Shown: positions 15,001 to 27,739 of the stretch, in pieces
Layout of the letters: the number at the start of each line of letters is the position of its first letter
Position numbering within the stretch: the stretch's first letter is position 1
Assembly: GCA_964016885.1 (NCBI GenBank)
Contig: OZ024742.1
Coordinates: forward strand, 6,386,001-6,450,000
Length of the DNA stretch: 64,000 nt
Direction: 5' to 3'
Source: Eledone cirrhosa
Taxonomy: Eukaryota
Translations under genes and position numbers: made by a program
The notes under the pieces: model-generated
What the model was told of the DNA's origin: nothing
Database searches by the model: none
The model's input: the letters and a program-made list of their open reading frames with translations, nothing else

Positions 15001-18000
15001 GTGTTGTGTGTTACAAGCTGTCACCAAAAACAACACCTCTGTATTGTGTGTTAGAAGCTGTCACCAACAACAAGACCTCTGTATTGTGTGTTAGAAGCTG
15101 TCACCAACAACACGACCTCTGTGTTGTGTGTTAGAAGCTGTCACCAACATTAAGACCTCTGTGTTGTGTATTAGAAGCTGTCACCAACAACAAGACATGT
15201 GTTGTTTGTTAGTAGCTGTCACCAACATAAGACCTCTGTGTTGTGTGTTAGAAGCTGTCACCAACAACAAGACATGTGTTGTGTGTTAGAAGCTGTCACC
15301 AACAACAAGACCTCTGTGTTGTGTGTTAGAAGCTGTCACCAACATTAAGACCTCTGTGTTGTGTATTAGAAGCTGTCACCAACAACAAGACATGTGTTGT
15401 TTGTTAGTAGCTGTCACCAACATAAGACCTCTGTGTTGTGTGTTAGAAGCTGTCACCAACAACAAGACATGTGTTGTGTGTTAGAAGCTGTCACCAATAA
15501 CAAGGCCTCTGTGTTGTGTCTTAGAAGCTGTCACCAACAACAAGACCACTGTGTTGTGTGTTAGAAGCTGTCACCAACAACAAGACTTATGTGTTGTGTG
15601 TTAGAAGCTGTCACCAACAACAACACCTCTGTATTGTGTGTTAGAAGCTGTCACCAATAACAAGACCGCTGTGTTGTGTGTTAGAAGATGTCACCAACAA
15701 CAAGACTTCTGTGTTGTGTGTTACAAGCTGTCACCAAAAACAACACCTCTGTATTGTGTGTTAGAAGCTGTCACCAACAACAAGACCTCTGTATTGTGTG
15801 TTAGAAGCTGTCACCAACAACACGACCTCTGTGTTGTGTGTTAGAAGCTGTCCCCAACAACAAGACCTCTGTGTAGTGTGTTAGAAGCTGTCACCAACAA
15901 CAAGACCTCTGTGTTGTGTGTTAGAAGCTGTCACCAACAGCAAGATTTATGTGTTGTGTGTTAGAAGCTGTCACCAACAACAAGACCTCTATGTTGTGTG
16001 TTAGAAGCTGTCACCAACAACAACACCTCTGTATTGTGTGTTAGAAGCTGTCACCAATAACAAGACCGCTGTGTTGTGTGTTAGAAGATGTCACCAACAA
16101 CAAGACTTCTGTGTTGTGTGTTACAAGCTGTCACCAAAAACAACACCTCTGTATTGTGTGTTAGAAGCTGTCACCAACAACAAGACCTCTGTATTGTGTG
16201 TTAGAAGCTGTCACCAACAACACGACCTCTGTGTTGTGTGTTAGAAGCTGTCCCCAACAACAAGACCTCTGTGTAGTGTGTTAGAAGCTGTCACCACCAA
16301 CAAGACCTCTGTGTTGTGTGTTAGAAGCTGTCACCAACAACAACACCTTTGTATTGTGTGTTAGAAGCTGTCACCAAAAACAAGACCGCTGTGTTGTGTG
16401 TTAGAAGATGTCACCAACAACAAGACTTCTGTGTTATGTGTTAGAAGCTGTCACCAACAACAACACCTCTGTAGTGTGTGTTAGAAGCTGTCACCAACAA
16501 CAAGACCGCTGTGTTGTGTGTTAGAAGCTGTCACCAACAACAATACCGCTGTGCTGTGTGTTAGAAGCTGTCACCAACAACAAGACATGTGTTGTGTGTT
16601 AGAAGCTGTCACCAATAACAAGGCCTCTGTGTTGTGTGTTAGAAGCTGTCACCAACAACAAGACCACTGTGTTGTGTGTTAGAAGCTGTCACCAACAACA
16701 AGACATGTGTTGTGTGTTAGAAGCTGTCACCAACAACAAGACCACTGTGTTGTGTGTTAGAAGCTGTCACCAACAAAAACACCTTTGTATTGTGTGTTAG
16801 AAGCTGTCACCAAAAACAAGACCGCTGTGTTGTGTGTTAGAAGATGTCACCAACAACAAGACTTCTGAGTTATGTGTTAGAAGCTGTCACCAACAACAAC
16901 ACCTCTGTAGTGTGTTTTAGAAGCTGTCACCAACAACAAGACCTCTGTATTGTGTGTTAGAAGCTGTCACCAACAACACGACCCCTGTGTTGTGTGTTAG
17001 AAGCTGTCACCATCAACAACACCTCTGTGTTGTGTGTTAGAAGCTGTCACCAACAACAAGACCTCTGTGTTGTGTGTTAGAAGCTGTCACCAACATTAAG
17101 ACCTCTGTGTTGTGTATTAGAAGCTGTCACCAACAACAAGACATGTGTTGTTTGTTAGTAGCTGTCACCAACATAAGACCTCTGTGTTGTGTGTTAGAAG
17201 CTGTCACCAACAACAAGACATGTGTTGTGTGTTAGAAGCTGTCACCAACAACAAGACATGTGTTGTGTGTTAGAAGCTGTCACCAATAACAAGGCCTCTG
17301 TGTTGTGTCTTAGAAGCTGTCACCAACAACAAGACCACTGTGTTGTGTGTTAGAAGCTGTCACCAACAACAAGACTTATGTGTTGTGTGTTAGAAGCTGT
17401 CACCAACAACAACACCTCTGTATTGTGTGTTAGAAGCTGTCACCAATAACAAGACCGCTGTGTTATGTGTTAGAAGATGTCACCAACAACAAGACTTCTG
17501 TGTTGTGTGTTACAAGCTGTCACCAAAAACAACACCTCTGTATTGTGTGTTAGAAGCTGTCACCAACAACAAGACCTCTGTATTGTGTGTTAGAAGCTGT
17601 CACCAACAACACGACCTCTGTGTTGTGTGTTAGAAGCTGTCCCCAACAACAAGACCTCTGTGTAGTGTGTTAGAAGCTGTCACCACCAACAAGACCTCTG
17701 TGTTGTGTGTTAGAAGCTGTCACCAACAACAACACCTCTGTGTTGTGTGTTAGAAGCTGTCACCAACAGCAAGATTTATGTGTTGTGTTAGAAGCTGTCA
17801 CCAACAACAAGACCTCTATGTTGTGTGTTAGAAGCTGTCACCAACAACAAGAGCTCCGTGTTGTGTGTTAGAAGCTGTCACCAGCAACAAGACCTCTGTG
17901 TCGTGTTAAAAGCTGTCACCAGCAACAAGACCTCTGTATTGTGTTAGAAGCTGTCACAAACAACAAGACATGTGTTGTGTGTTAGAAGCTGTCACCAACA

Positions 18001-21000
18001 CCAACAACTCTGTGTTGTGTGTTAGAACCTGTCACCAACAACAAGACTTATGTGTTGTGTGTTAGAAGCTGTCACCAACAACAACAGCTCTGTATTGTGT
18101 GTTACAAGCTGTCACCAACAACAAGACCTCTGTATTGTGTGTTAGAAGCTGTCACCAACAACACGACCTCTGTGTTGTGTGTTAGAAGCTGTCACCAACA
18201 ACAACACCTCTCTGTTGTGTGTTAGAAGCTGTCACCAACAACAACACCTCTGTGTTGTGTGTTAGAAGCTGTGACCAACAACAAGACATGTGTTGTGTGT
18301 TAGAAGCTGTGACCAACAAAAACACCTCTGTATTGTGTGTTAGAAGCTGTCACCAACAACAAGACCGCTGTGTTGTGTGTTAGAAGATGTCACCAACAAC
18401 AAGACTTCTGTGTTGTGTGTTAGAAGCTGTCACCAACAAAAACACCTCAGTATTGTGTGTTAGAAGCTGTCACCAACAACACGACCTCTGTGTTGTGTGT
18501 TAGAAGGTGTCACCAACAACAACACCTTTGTGTTGTGTGTTAGAAGCTGTCACCAACAACAAGACCTCTGTGTTGTGTGTTAGAAGCTGTCACCAACATT
18601 AAGACCTCTGTGTTGTGTGTTAGAAGCTGTCACCAACAACAAGATATGTGTTGTGTGTTAGAAGCTGTCACCAACAACAAGACCGCTGTGTTGTGTGTTA
18701 GAAGCAGTCACCAACAACAACACCTCTGTGTTGTGTGTTAGAAGCTGTCACCAACAACAAGATCTCCGTGTTGTGTGTTAAAAGCTGTCACCAGCGTCAA
18801 AGCCGCTGTGTTGTGTGGTAGAAGCTGTCACCAACAACAACACATCTGTGTTGTGTGTTAGAAGCTGTCACCAGCAACAAGACCTCTGTGTCGTGTTAAA
18901 AGCTGTCACCAGCAACAAGACCTCTGTATTGTGTTAGAAGCTGTCACCAACAACAAGACTTATGTGTTGTGTGTTAGAAGCTGTCACCAACAACAACACC
19001 TCTGTATTGTGTGTTAGAAGCTGTCACCAACAACAAGACCTCTGTGTTCTGTGTTAGAAGATGTTACCAACAAAAAGACTTCTGTGTTGTGTGTTAGAAG
19101 CTGCCACCAACAACAACACCTCTGTATTGTGTGTTAGAAGCTGTCACCAACAACAAGACCTCTGTATTGTGTGTTAGAAGCTGTCACCAACAACACGACC
19201 TCTGTGTTGTGTGTTAGAAGCTGTCACCAACAACAACACCTCTCTGTTGTGTGTTAGAAGCTGTCACCAACAACAAGACCTCTGTGTTGTGTGTTAGAAG
19301 CTGTGACCAACATTAAGACCTCTGTGTTGTGTGTTAGAAGCTGTCACCAACAACAAGACATGTGTTGTGTGTTAGAAGCTGTCACCAACAAAAACACCTC
19401 TGTATTGTGTGTTAGAAGCTGTCACCAACAACAAGACTTCTGTGTTGTGTGTTAGAAGCTGTCACCAACAACATCACCTCTGTATTGTGTGTTAGAAGCT
19501 GTCACCAACAACAACAACTCTGTATTGTGTGTTAGAAGCTGTCACCAACAACACGACCTCTGTGTTGTGTGTTAGAAGCTGTCACCAACAACAAGACCTC
19601 TGTGTTGTGTGTTAGAAGCTGTCACCAACAACAAGACCTCTGTGTTGTGTGTTAGAAGCTGTCACCAACATTAAGACCTCTGTGTTGTGTGTTAGAAGCT
19701 GTCACCAACAACAAGACCTCTGTGTTGTGTGTTAGAAGCTGTCACCAACAACAACACCTCTGTGTTGTGTGTTAGAAGCTGTCACCAACAACAAGACCAC
19801 TGTGTTGTGTGTTAGAAGCTGTCACCAACAACAAGACCTCTATGTTGTGTGTTAGAAGCTGTCACCAACAACAAGACCTCCGTGTTGTGTGTTAAAAGCT
19901 GTCACCAGCAACAAGACCGCTGTGTTGTGTGGTAGAAGCTGTCACCAACAACAACACACCTGTGTTGTGTGTTAGAAGCTGTCACCAGCAACAAGACCTA
20001 TGTGTCGTGTTAAAAGCTGTCACCAGCAACAAGACCTCTGTATTGTGTTAGAAGCTGTCACCAACAACAAGACATGTGTTGTGTGTTAGAAGCTGTCACC
20101 AACAACAACACCTCTGTATTGTGTGTTAGAAGCTGTCACCAACAACAAGACCGCTGTGTTGTGTGTTAGAAGATGTTACCAACAAAAACACTTCTGTGTT
20201 GTGTGTTAGAAGCTGTCACCAACAACAACACCTCTGTATTATGTGTTAGAAGCTGTCACCAACAACAAGACCTCTGTATTGTGTGTTAGAAGCTGTCACC
20301 AACAACACGACCTCTGTGTTGTGTGTTAGAAGCTGTCACCAACAACAACACCTCTCTGTTGTGTGTTAGAAGCTGTCACCAACAACAAGACCTCTGTGTT
20401 GTGTGTTAGAAGCTGTGACCAACATTAAGACCTCTGTGTTGTGTGTTAGAAGCTGTCACCAACAACAAGACATGTGTTGTGTGTTAGAAGCTGTCACCAA
20501 CAAAAACACCTCTGTATTGTGTGTTAGAAGCTGTCACCAACAACAAGACCGCTGTGTTGTGTGTTAGAAGATGTCACCAACAAAAAGACTTCTGTGTTGT
20601 GTGTTAGAAGCTGTCACCAACAACAACACCTCTGTATTGTGTGTTAGAAGCTGTCACCAGCAAGAAGACCTCTGTATCGCGTGTTAGAAGCTGTCACCAA
20701 CAACACGACCTCTGTGTTGTGTGTTAGAAGCTGTCACCAACAACAACACCTCTGTGTTGTGTGTTAGAAGCTGTCACCAACAACAAGACCTCTGTGTTGT
20801 GTGTTAGAAGCTGTCACCAACAACAAGACATGTGTTGTGTTTTAGAAGCTGTCAACAACATAAGACCTCTGTGTTGTGTGTTAGAAGCTGTCACCAACAA
20901 CAAGACATGTGTTGTGTGTTAGAAGCTGTTACCAACAACAAGACCGCTGTGTTGTGTGTTAGAAGCTGTCACCAACATTAAGACCTCTGTGTTGTGTGTT

Positions 21001-24000
21001 AGAAGCTGTCACCAACAACAAGACATGTGTTGTGTGTTAGAAGCTGTCACCAACAACAAGACCGCTGTGTTGTGTGTTAGAAGCTGTCACCAGCAACAAC
21101 ACCTCTGTGTTGTGTGTTAGAAGCTGTCACCAACACCAAGATTTATGTGTTGTGTGTTAGAAGCTGTCGCTAACAACAAGACATATATGTTGTGTGTTAG
21201 AAGCTGTCACCAACAATAAGACTTCCGTGTTGTGTGTTAAAAGCTGTCACCAACAACAAGACCGCTGTGTTGTGTGGTAGAAGCTGTCACCAACAACAAC
21301 ACATCTGTGTTGTGTGTTAGAAGCTGTCACCAGCAACAAGACCTCTGTGTCGTGTTAAAAGCTGTCACCAGCCACAAGACATGTGTTGTGTGTTAGAAGC
21401 TGTCACCAACACCAAGACCTCTGTGTTCTGTGTTAGAAGATGTTACCAACAAAAAGACTTCTGTGTTGTGTGTTAGAAGCTGTCACCAACAACAACACCT
21501 CTGTATTGTGTGTTAGAAGCTGTCACCAACAACAAGACCTCTGTATTGTGTGTTAGAAGCTGTCACCAACAACACGACCTCTGTGTTGTGTGTTAGAAGC
21601 TGTCACCAACAACAACACCTCTCTGTTGTGTGTTAGAAGCTGTCACCAACAACAAGACCTCTGTGTTGTGTGTTAGAAGCTGTGACCAACATTAAGACCT
21701 CTGTGATGTGTGTTAGAAGCTGTCACCAACAAAAACACCTCTGTATTGTGTGTTAGAAGCTGTCACCAACAACAAGACCGCTGTGTTGTGTGTTAGAAGA
21801 TGTCACCAACAACAAGACTTCTGTGTTGTGTGTTAGAAGCTGTCACCAACAACAACACCTCTGTATTGTGTGTTAGAAGCTGTCACCAACAACAAGACCT
21901 CTGTATTGTGTGTTAGAAGCTGTCACCAACAACACGACCTCTGTGTTGTGTGTTAGAAGCTGTCACCAACAACAACACCTCTGTCTTGTGTGTTAGAAGC
22001 TGTCACCAACAACAAGACCTCTGTGTTGTGTGTTAGAAGCTGTCACCAACATTAAGACCTCTGTGTTGTGTGTTAGAAGCTGTCACCAACAACAAGACAT
22101 GTGTTGTGTGTTAGAAGCTGTCACCAACAACAAGACCGCTGTGTTGTGTGTTAGAAGCTGTCACCAACAACAATACCGCTGTGCTGCGTGTTAGAAGCTG
22201 TCACCAACAACAAGACATGTGTTGTGTGTTAGAAGCTGTCACCAACAACAACACCTCTCTGTTGTGTGTTAGAAGGTGTCACCAACAACAAGACCTCTGT
22301 GTTGTGTGTTAGAAGCTGTGACCAACTTTAAGACCTCTGTGTTGTGTGTTAGAAGCTGTCACCAACAGCAAGACATGTGTTGTGTGTTAGAAGCTGTCAC
22401 CAACAAAAACACCTCTGTATTGTGTGTTAGAAGCTGTCACCAACAACAAGACTTCTGTGTTGTGTGTTAGAAGCTGTCACCAACAACAACACCTCTGTAT
22501 TGTGTGTTAGAAGCTGTCACCAACAACAACAACTCTGTATTGTGTGTTAGAAGCTGTCACCAACAACACGACCTCTGTGTTGTGTGTTAGAAGCTGTCAC
22601 CAACAACAACACCTCTGTGTTGTGTGTTAGAAGCTGTCACCAACAACAAGAGCTCTGTGTTGTGTGTTAGAAGCTGTCACCAACATTAAGACCTCTGTGT
22701 TGTGTGTTAGAAGCTGTCACCAACAACAAGACCTCTGTGTTGTGTGTTAGAAGCTGTCACCAACAACAACACCTCTGTGTTGTGTGTTAGAAGCTGTCAC
22801 CAACAGCAAGATTTATGTGTTGTGTGTTAGAAGCTGTCACCAACAACAAGACCTCTATGTTGTGTGTTAGAAGCTGTCACCAACAACAAGACCTCCGTGT
22901 TGTGTGTTAAAAGCTGTCACCAGCAACAAGACCGCTGTGTTGTGTGGTAGAAGCTGTCACCAACAACAACACATCTGTGTTGTGTGTTAGAAGCTGTCAC
23001 CAGCAACAAGACCTATGTGTCGTGTTAAAAGCTGTTACCAGCAACAAGACCTCTGTATTGTGTTAGAAGCTGTCACCAACAACAAGACATGTGTTGTGTG
23101 TTAGAAGCTGTCACCAACAACAACACCTCTGTATTGTGTGTTAGAAGCTGTCACCAACAACAAGACCGCTGTGTTGTGTGTTAGAAGATGTTACCAACAA
23201 AAAGACTTCTGTGTTGTGTGTTAGAAGCTGTCACCAACAACAACACCTCTGTATTATGTGTTAGAAGCTGTCACCAACAACAAGACCTCTGTATTGTGTG
23301 TTAGAAGCTGTCACCAACAACACGACCTCTGTGTTGTGTGTTAGAAGCTGTCACCAACAACAACACCTCTCTGTTGTGTGGTAGAAGCTGTCACCAACAA
23401 CACGACCTCTGTGTTGTGTGTTAGAAGCTGTGACCAACATTAAGACCTCTGTGTTGTGTGTTAGAAGCTGTCACCAACAACAAGACATGTGTTGTGTGTT
23501 AGAAGCTGTCACCAACAAAAACACCTCTGTATTGTGTGTTAGAAGCTGTCACCAACAACAAGACCGCTGTGTTGTGTGTTAGAAGATGTCACCAACAACA
23601 AGACTTCTGTGTTGTGTGTTAGAAGCTGTCACCAACAACAACACCTCTGTATTGTGTGTTAGAAGCTGTCACCAGCAACAAGACCTCTGTATTGCGTGTT
23701 AGAAGCTGTCACCAACAACACGACCTCTGTGTTGTGTGTTAGAAGCTGTCACCAACAACAAGACCTCTGTGTTGTGTGTTAGAAGCTGTCACCAACAACA
23801 AGACCTCTGTGTTGTGTGTTAGAAGCTGTCACCAACAACAAGACATGTGTTGTGTGTTAGAAGCTGTCACCAACATAAGACCTCTGTGTTGTGTGTTAGA
23901 AGCTGTCACCAACAACAAGACATGTGTTGTTTGTTAGAAGCTGTCACCAACAACAAGACCACTGTGTTGTGTGTTAGAAGCTGTCACCAACACTAAGACC

Positions 24001-25040
24001 TCTGTATTCTGTGTTAGAAGCTGTCACCAACAACAAGACCTCTATGTTGTGTGTTAGAAGCTGTCACCAACAACAAGACCTCTGTGTTGTGTGTTAGAAG
24101 CTGTAACCAACAACAATACCTCTGTGTTGTGTGTTAGAAGCTGTCACCAACAACAAGACTTATGTGTTGTGTTTTAGAAGCTGTCACCAACAACAACACC
24201 TCTGTATTGTGTGTTAGAAGCTGTCACCAATAACAAGACCGCTGTGTTGTGTGTTAGAAGATGTCACCAACAACAAGACTTCTGTGTTGTGTGTTAGAAG
24301 CTGTCACAAACAACAACACCTCTGTATTGTGTGTTAGAAGCTGTCACCAACAACAAGACCTCTGTATTGTGTGTTAGAAACTGTCACCAACAACACGACC
24401 TCTGTGTAGTGTGTTAGAAGCTGTCACCAACAACAAGACCTCTGTGTTGTGTGTTAGAAGCATCACCAACAACAACACCTCTGTGTTGTGTGTTAGAAGC
24501 TGTCACCAACAGCAAGATTTATGTGTTGTGTGTTAGAAGCTGTCACCAACAACAAGACCTCTATGTTGTGTGTTAGAAGCTGACCCCAACAACAAGACCA
24601 CTGTGTTGTGTGTTAGAAGCATCACCAACAACAACACCTCTGTGTTGTGTGTTAGAAGCTGTCACCAACAGCAAGATTTATGTGTTGTGTGTTAGAAGCT
24701 GTCACCAACAACAAGACCTCTATGTTGTGTGTTAGAAGCTGTCACCAACAACAAGACCTCCGTGTTGTGTGTTAAAAGCTGTCACCAGCAACAAGACCGC
24801 TGTGTTTTGTGGTAGAAGCTGTCACCAACAACAACACATCTGTGTTGTGTGTTAGAAGCTGTCACCAGCAACAAGACCTCTTTGTCGTTTTAAAAGCTGT
24901 CACCAGCAACAAGACCTCTGTATTGTGTTAGAAGCTGTCACCAACAACAAGGCCTCGGTATTGTGTGTTAGAAGCTGGCAACAACAACAAGACCGCTGTG
25001 TTGTGTGCTAGAAACTGTCACCAACAAGAAGACCTCTGTA
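1..25040. repeat. 40-bp tandem satellite (consensus TTAGAAGCTGTCACCAACAACAAGACCTCTGTGTTGTGTG), ~630 units with 38/39-bp variants and higher-order repeats; runs off the left edge
   Basis: Monomer readable throughout; recurrent variant blocks, e.g. AGTAGCTG marker at 1372, 2761, 4620, 6009. Confidence 0.98.
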
Positions 25041-25260
25041 TCGATTCAGTATGAAAGCCCCTATGTAGTTAGTCACGTAGTTTGAATTAGCAGCAAAAAC
25101 ACTTTGAAATCACACTATACTATCTTAAAAAGAAAAGGACATATTGGATAATGTAGAATTAAGTTTGAATAAAAGACAGGTTGGTTAGGGCTGGATCAAC
25201 TTTGATAATAAGTTAACCCGCATTGACTTGAGGCGATATAACAATAACAACAATAATAAT
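25041..25260 (+). mobile_element. 3' half of an Octopus-type SINE ending in an (AAC/AAT)n tail
   Basis: Motifs AATTAGCAGCAAAA...AAATCACAC...TCTTAAAAAGAAAAGGACATATTGGATAATGTAG...AAAAGACAGG resemble a cephalopod SINE body recalled from memory; simple-repeat tail at 25240-25260. Confidence 0.6.
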
Positions 25261-25603
25261 TTCTGCGTGTATTATTTTTGTCCTCAACACTATTCTGATG
25301 ATCGCAGGTTTTCTAAATACTTTTGTCTATATCAATGTTTCCTCAATTCTTTCTGATTAACACCACTTTATAGAACATATATTATCAGCACCTGACGTAA
25401 AGCTTGTCAGAAATGATACATTGAAAATGAAATTTAAATAATGTTTCATTTACTACAAATAAATATGATTGTACAAATGTATAGAAAAATTAACCCAAGA
25501 TGTTTTAAATGTGAAAGATAATTTCACATATGTTTTCACATATGGCAATTGTTTCACATATAGCAATTGTTTCACATATGGCACATATTTCGTCTAAATG
25601 ACC

Positions 25604-25953
25604 ATGATAACACTAAATCTATGCTCAATTATAACATAACAACACTAAATCTACGTTCAACTAAATATGACAACACCAAATCTACGCTCAACTAAATATG
25701 ACAACACCAAATCTAGGGTCAATTATAACATGACAACACCAAATCTAGGGTCAATTATAATATGACAACACCAAATCTACACTCAACTTAATATAACAAC
25801 ACCAAATCTAGAGTCAATTATAATATGACAACACAAAATCTAGGGTCAATTATAATATGACAACACCAAATCTACGCTCAACTTAATATAACAACACCAA
25901 ATCTAGGGTCAATTATAATATGACAACACAAAATCTACGCTCAACTAAATATG
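25604..25953. repeat. 31-32-bp minisatellite, ~11 copies (ATGACAACACCAAATCTACGCTCAACTAAAT / ATGACAACACCAAATCTAGGGTCAATTATAAT)
   Basis: Two interleaved monomer variants directly visible. Confidence 0.92.
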
Positions 25954-26289
25954 AAGATGAAAATAGAATAAGAACCTGTTTCACAACGCTTCATAATCTA
26001 GAATAATGATTCCTCTTCTGGAGCTATGACTAGAAATACCCCCTCTCCGCCCCCATCATGCGTATAATATTCGTTATCTTTTATTTCAATCATTTCTTTT
26101 TGAAATTATATTTCTGCTTCTCGAATCTTTTAAAATGGGTCTAAGGCCTATCCAGGATTCTTCATAGCAAACTTGACGATAATAGTAGGTGAGAAAACTA
26201 TCAGCTATTATTTCTCTATTGTCTGTAAGTGCAGAAGGACTCCCAAACAAGTAAAATTCTCCATGACCCGGCTCCGGCGTCTTGAGACA

Positions 26290-27190
26290 GATGAGGCAGC
26301 TAAAGTGCTCACAACTGTCTGAATAATCTACCCTGAACAAAGGTGTTTCTAATTTATCTAATTGCTGTAAATATGAATTACAATGAACGATGCAATCGAT
26401 CACTAAGGTTGTTATCGATTAAATATTGGGGATCAATTATGTAATGCAGCATTCACATATTTAGTCCTGACTGGTATTTTAAGTGTACAATGACTTAATT
26501 GTAGAAGCTCATCTTGAACGGTGTTTCATTAGCTGCAGCCGCCATTATTCCGCTGGTATTGGTTACGAAATATCTGACAAATAATTACCCTTGAGATATT
26601 TTCTCTACTTTTATAGACGGCACGAAAGTTAACAACAGTAAGGTTTCATTTCCTTGTAGAGTTGATTCATCTAATTCTAAAGAAAATTGGGTACACCTAA
26701 AAAATTGCATAATGTCTTCCACATCCCTGCTAATTTCATCAATCTGTCGTTGTATTGTATTATTTTCTCAAAGGAATGTTATTGATTATGTGAGTTCGTG
26801 GCTTGTGTAACAAGGTATGTAGAAACTAACAGCTGGTAGGGTCAATTTCTCACCTATACTATGTGGCTTTCAGGATCCGGTAATCAGTAATGAAATTTTG
26901 TAAGAGTGGCATAACCCGTCATTTTTTTGCAATGATGTCGATGAAAATATACTTGACAACATCAGCTGTTTGTAAAATTGACCTAAAAGCGCTTTTAAAG
27001 AAGATAAATCTTTATTTGTCTTGTCAACATCAATGTATTTCACTTGCTCTTCTAACCTTGAAGATTTTATACATTTATTGGAAAACATTGTAAGAAACTA
27101 GACACATTGGTGATAGCTTGTTTGTAGATGAAATAAAATCATAATTCTATATTCGATACTGTAATACTGAGATTTCTTCTTTGTTCTGTT
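26290..27190 (-). pseudogene. Decayed hAT transposase, Charlie/Buster (ZBED5/SCAND3-like) family, N-terminal to central part
   Basis: Minus-strand translations in expected order across frameshifts and stops: PMCLV, FSNKCIKSSRLEEQ, SYKISLLI, KPHSIGEKLTLPAV, NNTIQRQIDEISRDVED, QFSLELDESTLQGNE, NNLSDRLHRSL, RLFRQL. Confidence 0.85.
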
Positions 27191-27227
27191 CTGGTTATAT
27201 CTAATAAAAATATGTTATTATAGATAT

Positions 27228-27345
27228 ATACAAGGCTAGGCTGAAAAGTTCATAGGCTAACTATGAAGGAGTGGTGATAGAGCTGTGAAATCTTGCATCC
27301 ATTAATTTCAACTCTTTTTATTAATAACTGCATTGTTTCTTTCCA
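27228..27345 (+). mobile_element. Possible Tc1/mariner terminal fragment
   Basis: After a TA run, GGCTGAAAAGTTCATAGGCT resembles mariner TIR ends (recalled); no partner TIR seen. Confidence 0.35.
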
Positions 27346-27412
27346 GGGATTATGTTGAAAAATGAACCTCAATTGCTCATTCCATGAGAGTATCTTGGTC
27401 ATAGGCTTACTA

Positions 27413-27482
27413 TGGAGCCGAGGTCAAGTTTGCTTTTCATCCATACGAAGTCGATAAAAATGTACCAGTCTTCTACTGCGAT
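27413..27482 (+). mobile_element. SINE core fragment
   Basis: GCCGAGGTCAAGTTTGCTTTTCATCC...GTCGATAAAAATGTACCAGT is homologous to the SINE core at 32110-32165. Confidence 0.75.
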
Positions 27483-27739
27483 CGATTCTTCAGATATATC
27501 TATTTATCATTTCCTCTCTCTCATGTTCTATCCTTCTTTGGAAGAAGTATGCGGTAATCAGACCGAGAGAGAGAGAGAGAGATAGGCTCTGCCAGGTTTA
27601 AAATGCCCTAGAAACGCCGTATGACACTATGGCGCCTCCACGACTCCCTAACAGGTGTCCCGAGATGAAGAAGATCTATCCCATGGCCCTTGAACATAGA
27701 TTATATGTTATCCCGGAATGTTGTATCATATACCAACTT

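Noticed and set aside
1642-22470. Repeated 64-94 aa Cys-rich ORFs
   Set aside because: They arise where the monomer's TAG stop is mutated or skipped by a 38-bp unit; GTG starts; pure satellite translation
1-25040. CRISPR-like appearance (conserved box alternating with a variable segment)
   Set aside because: Variable parts are point variants of one sequence, not unique spacers; no cas genes; eukaryotic context
26086-26403. 105-aa minus-strand ORF as a gene
   Set aside because: Its first third is an out-of-frame reading of the hAT fossil; the remainder is unrecognised
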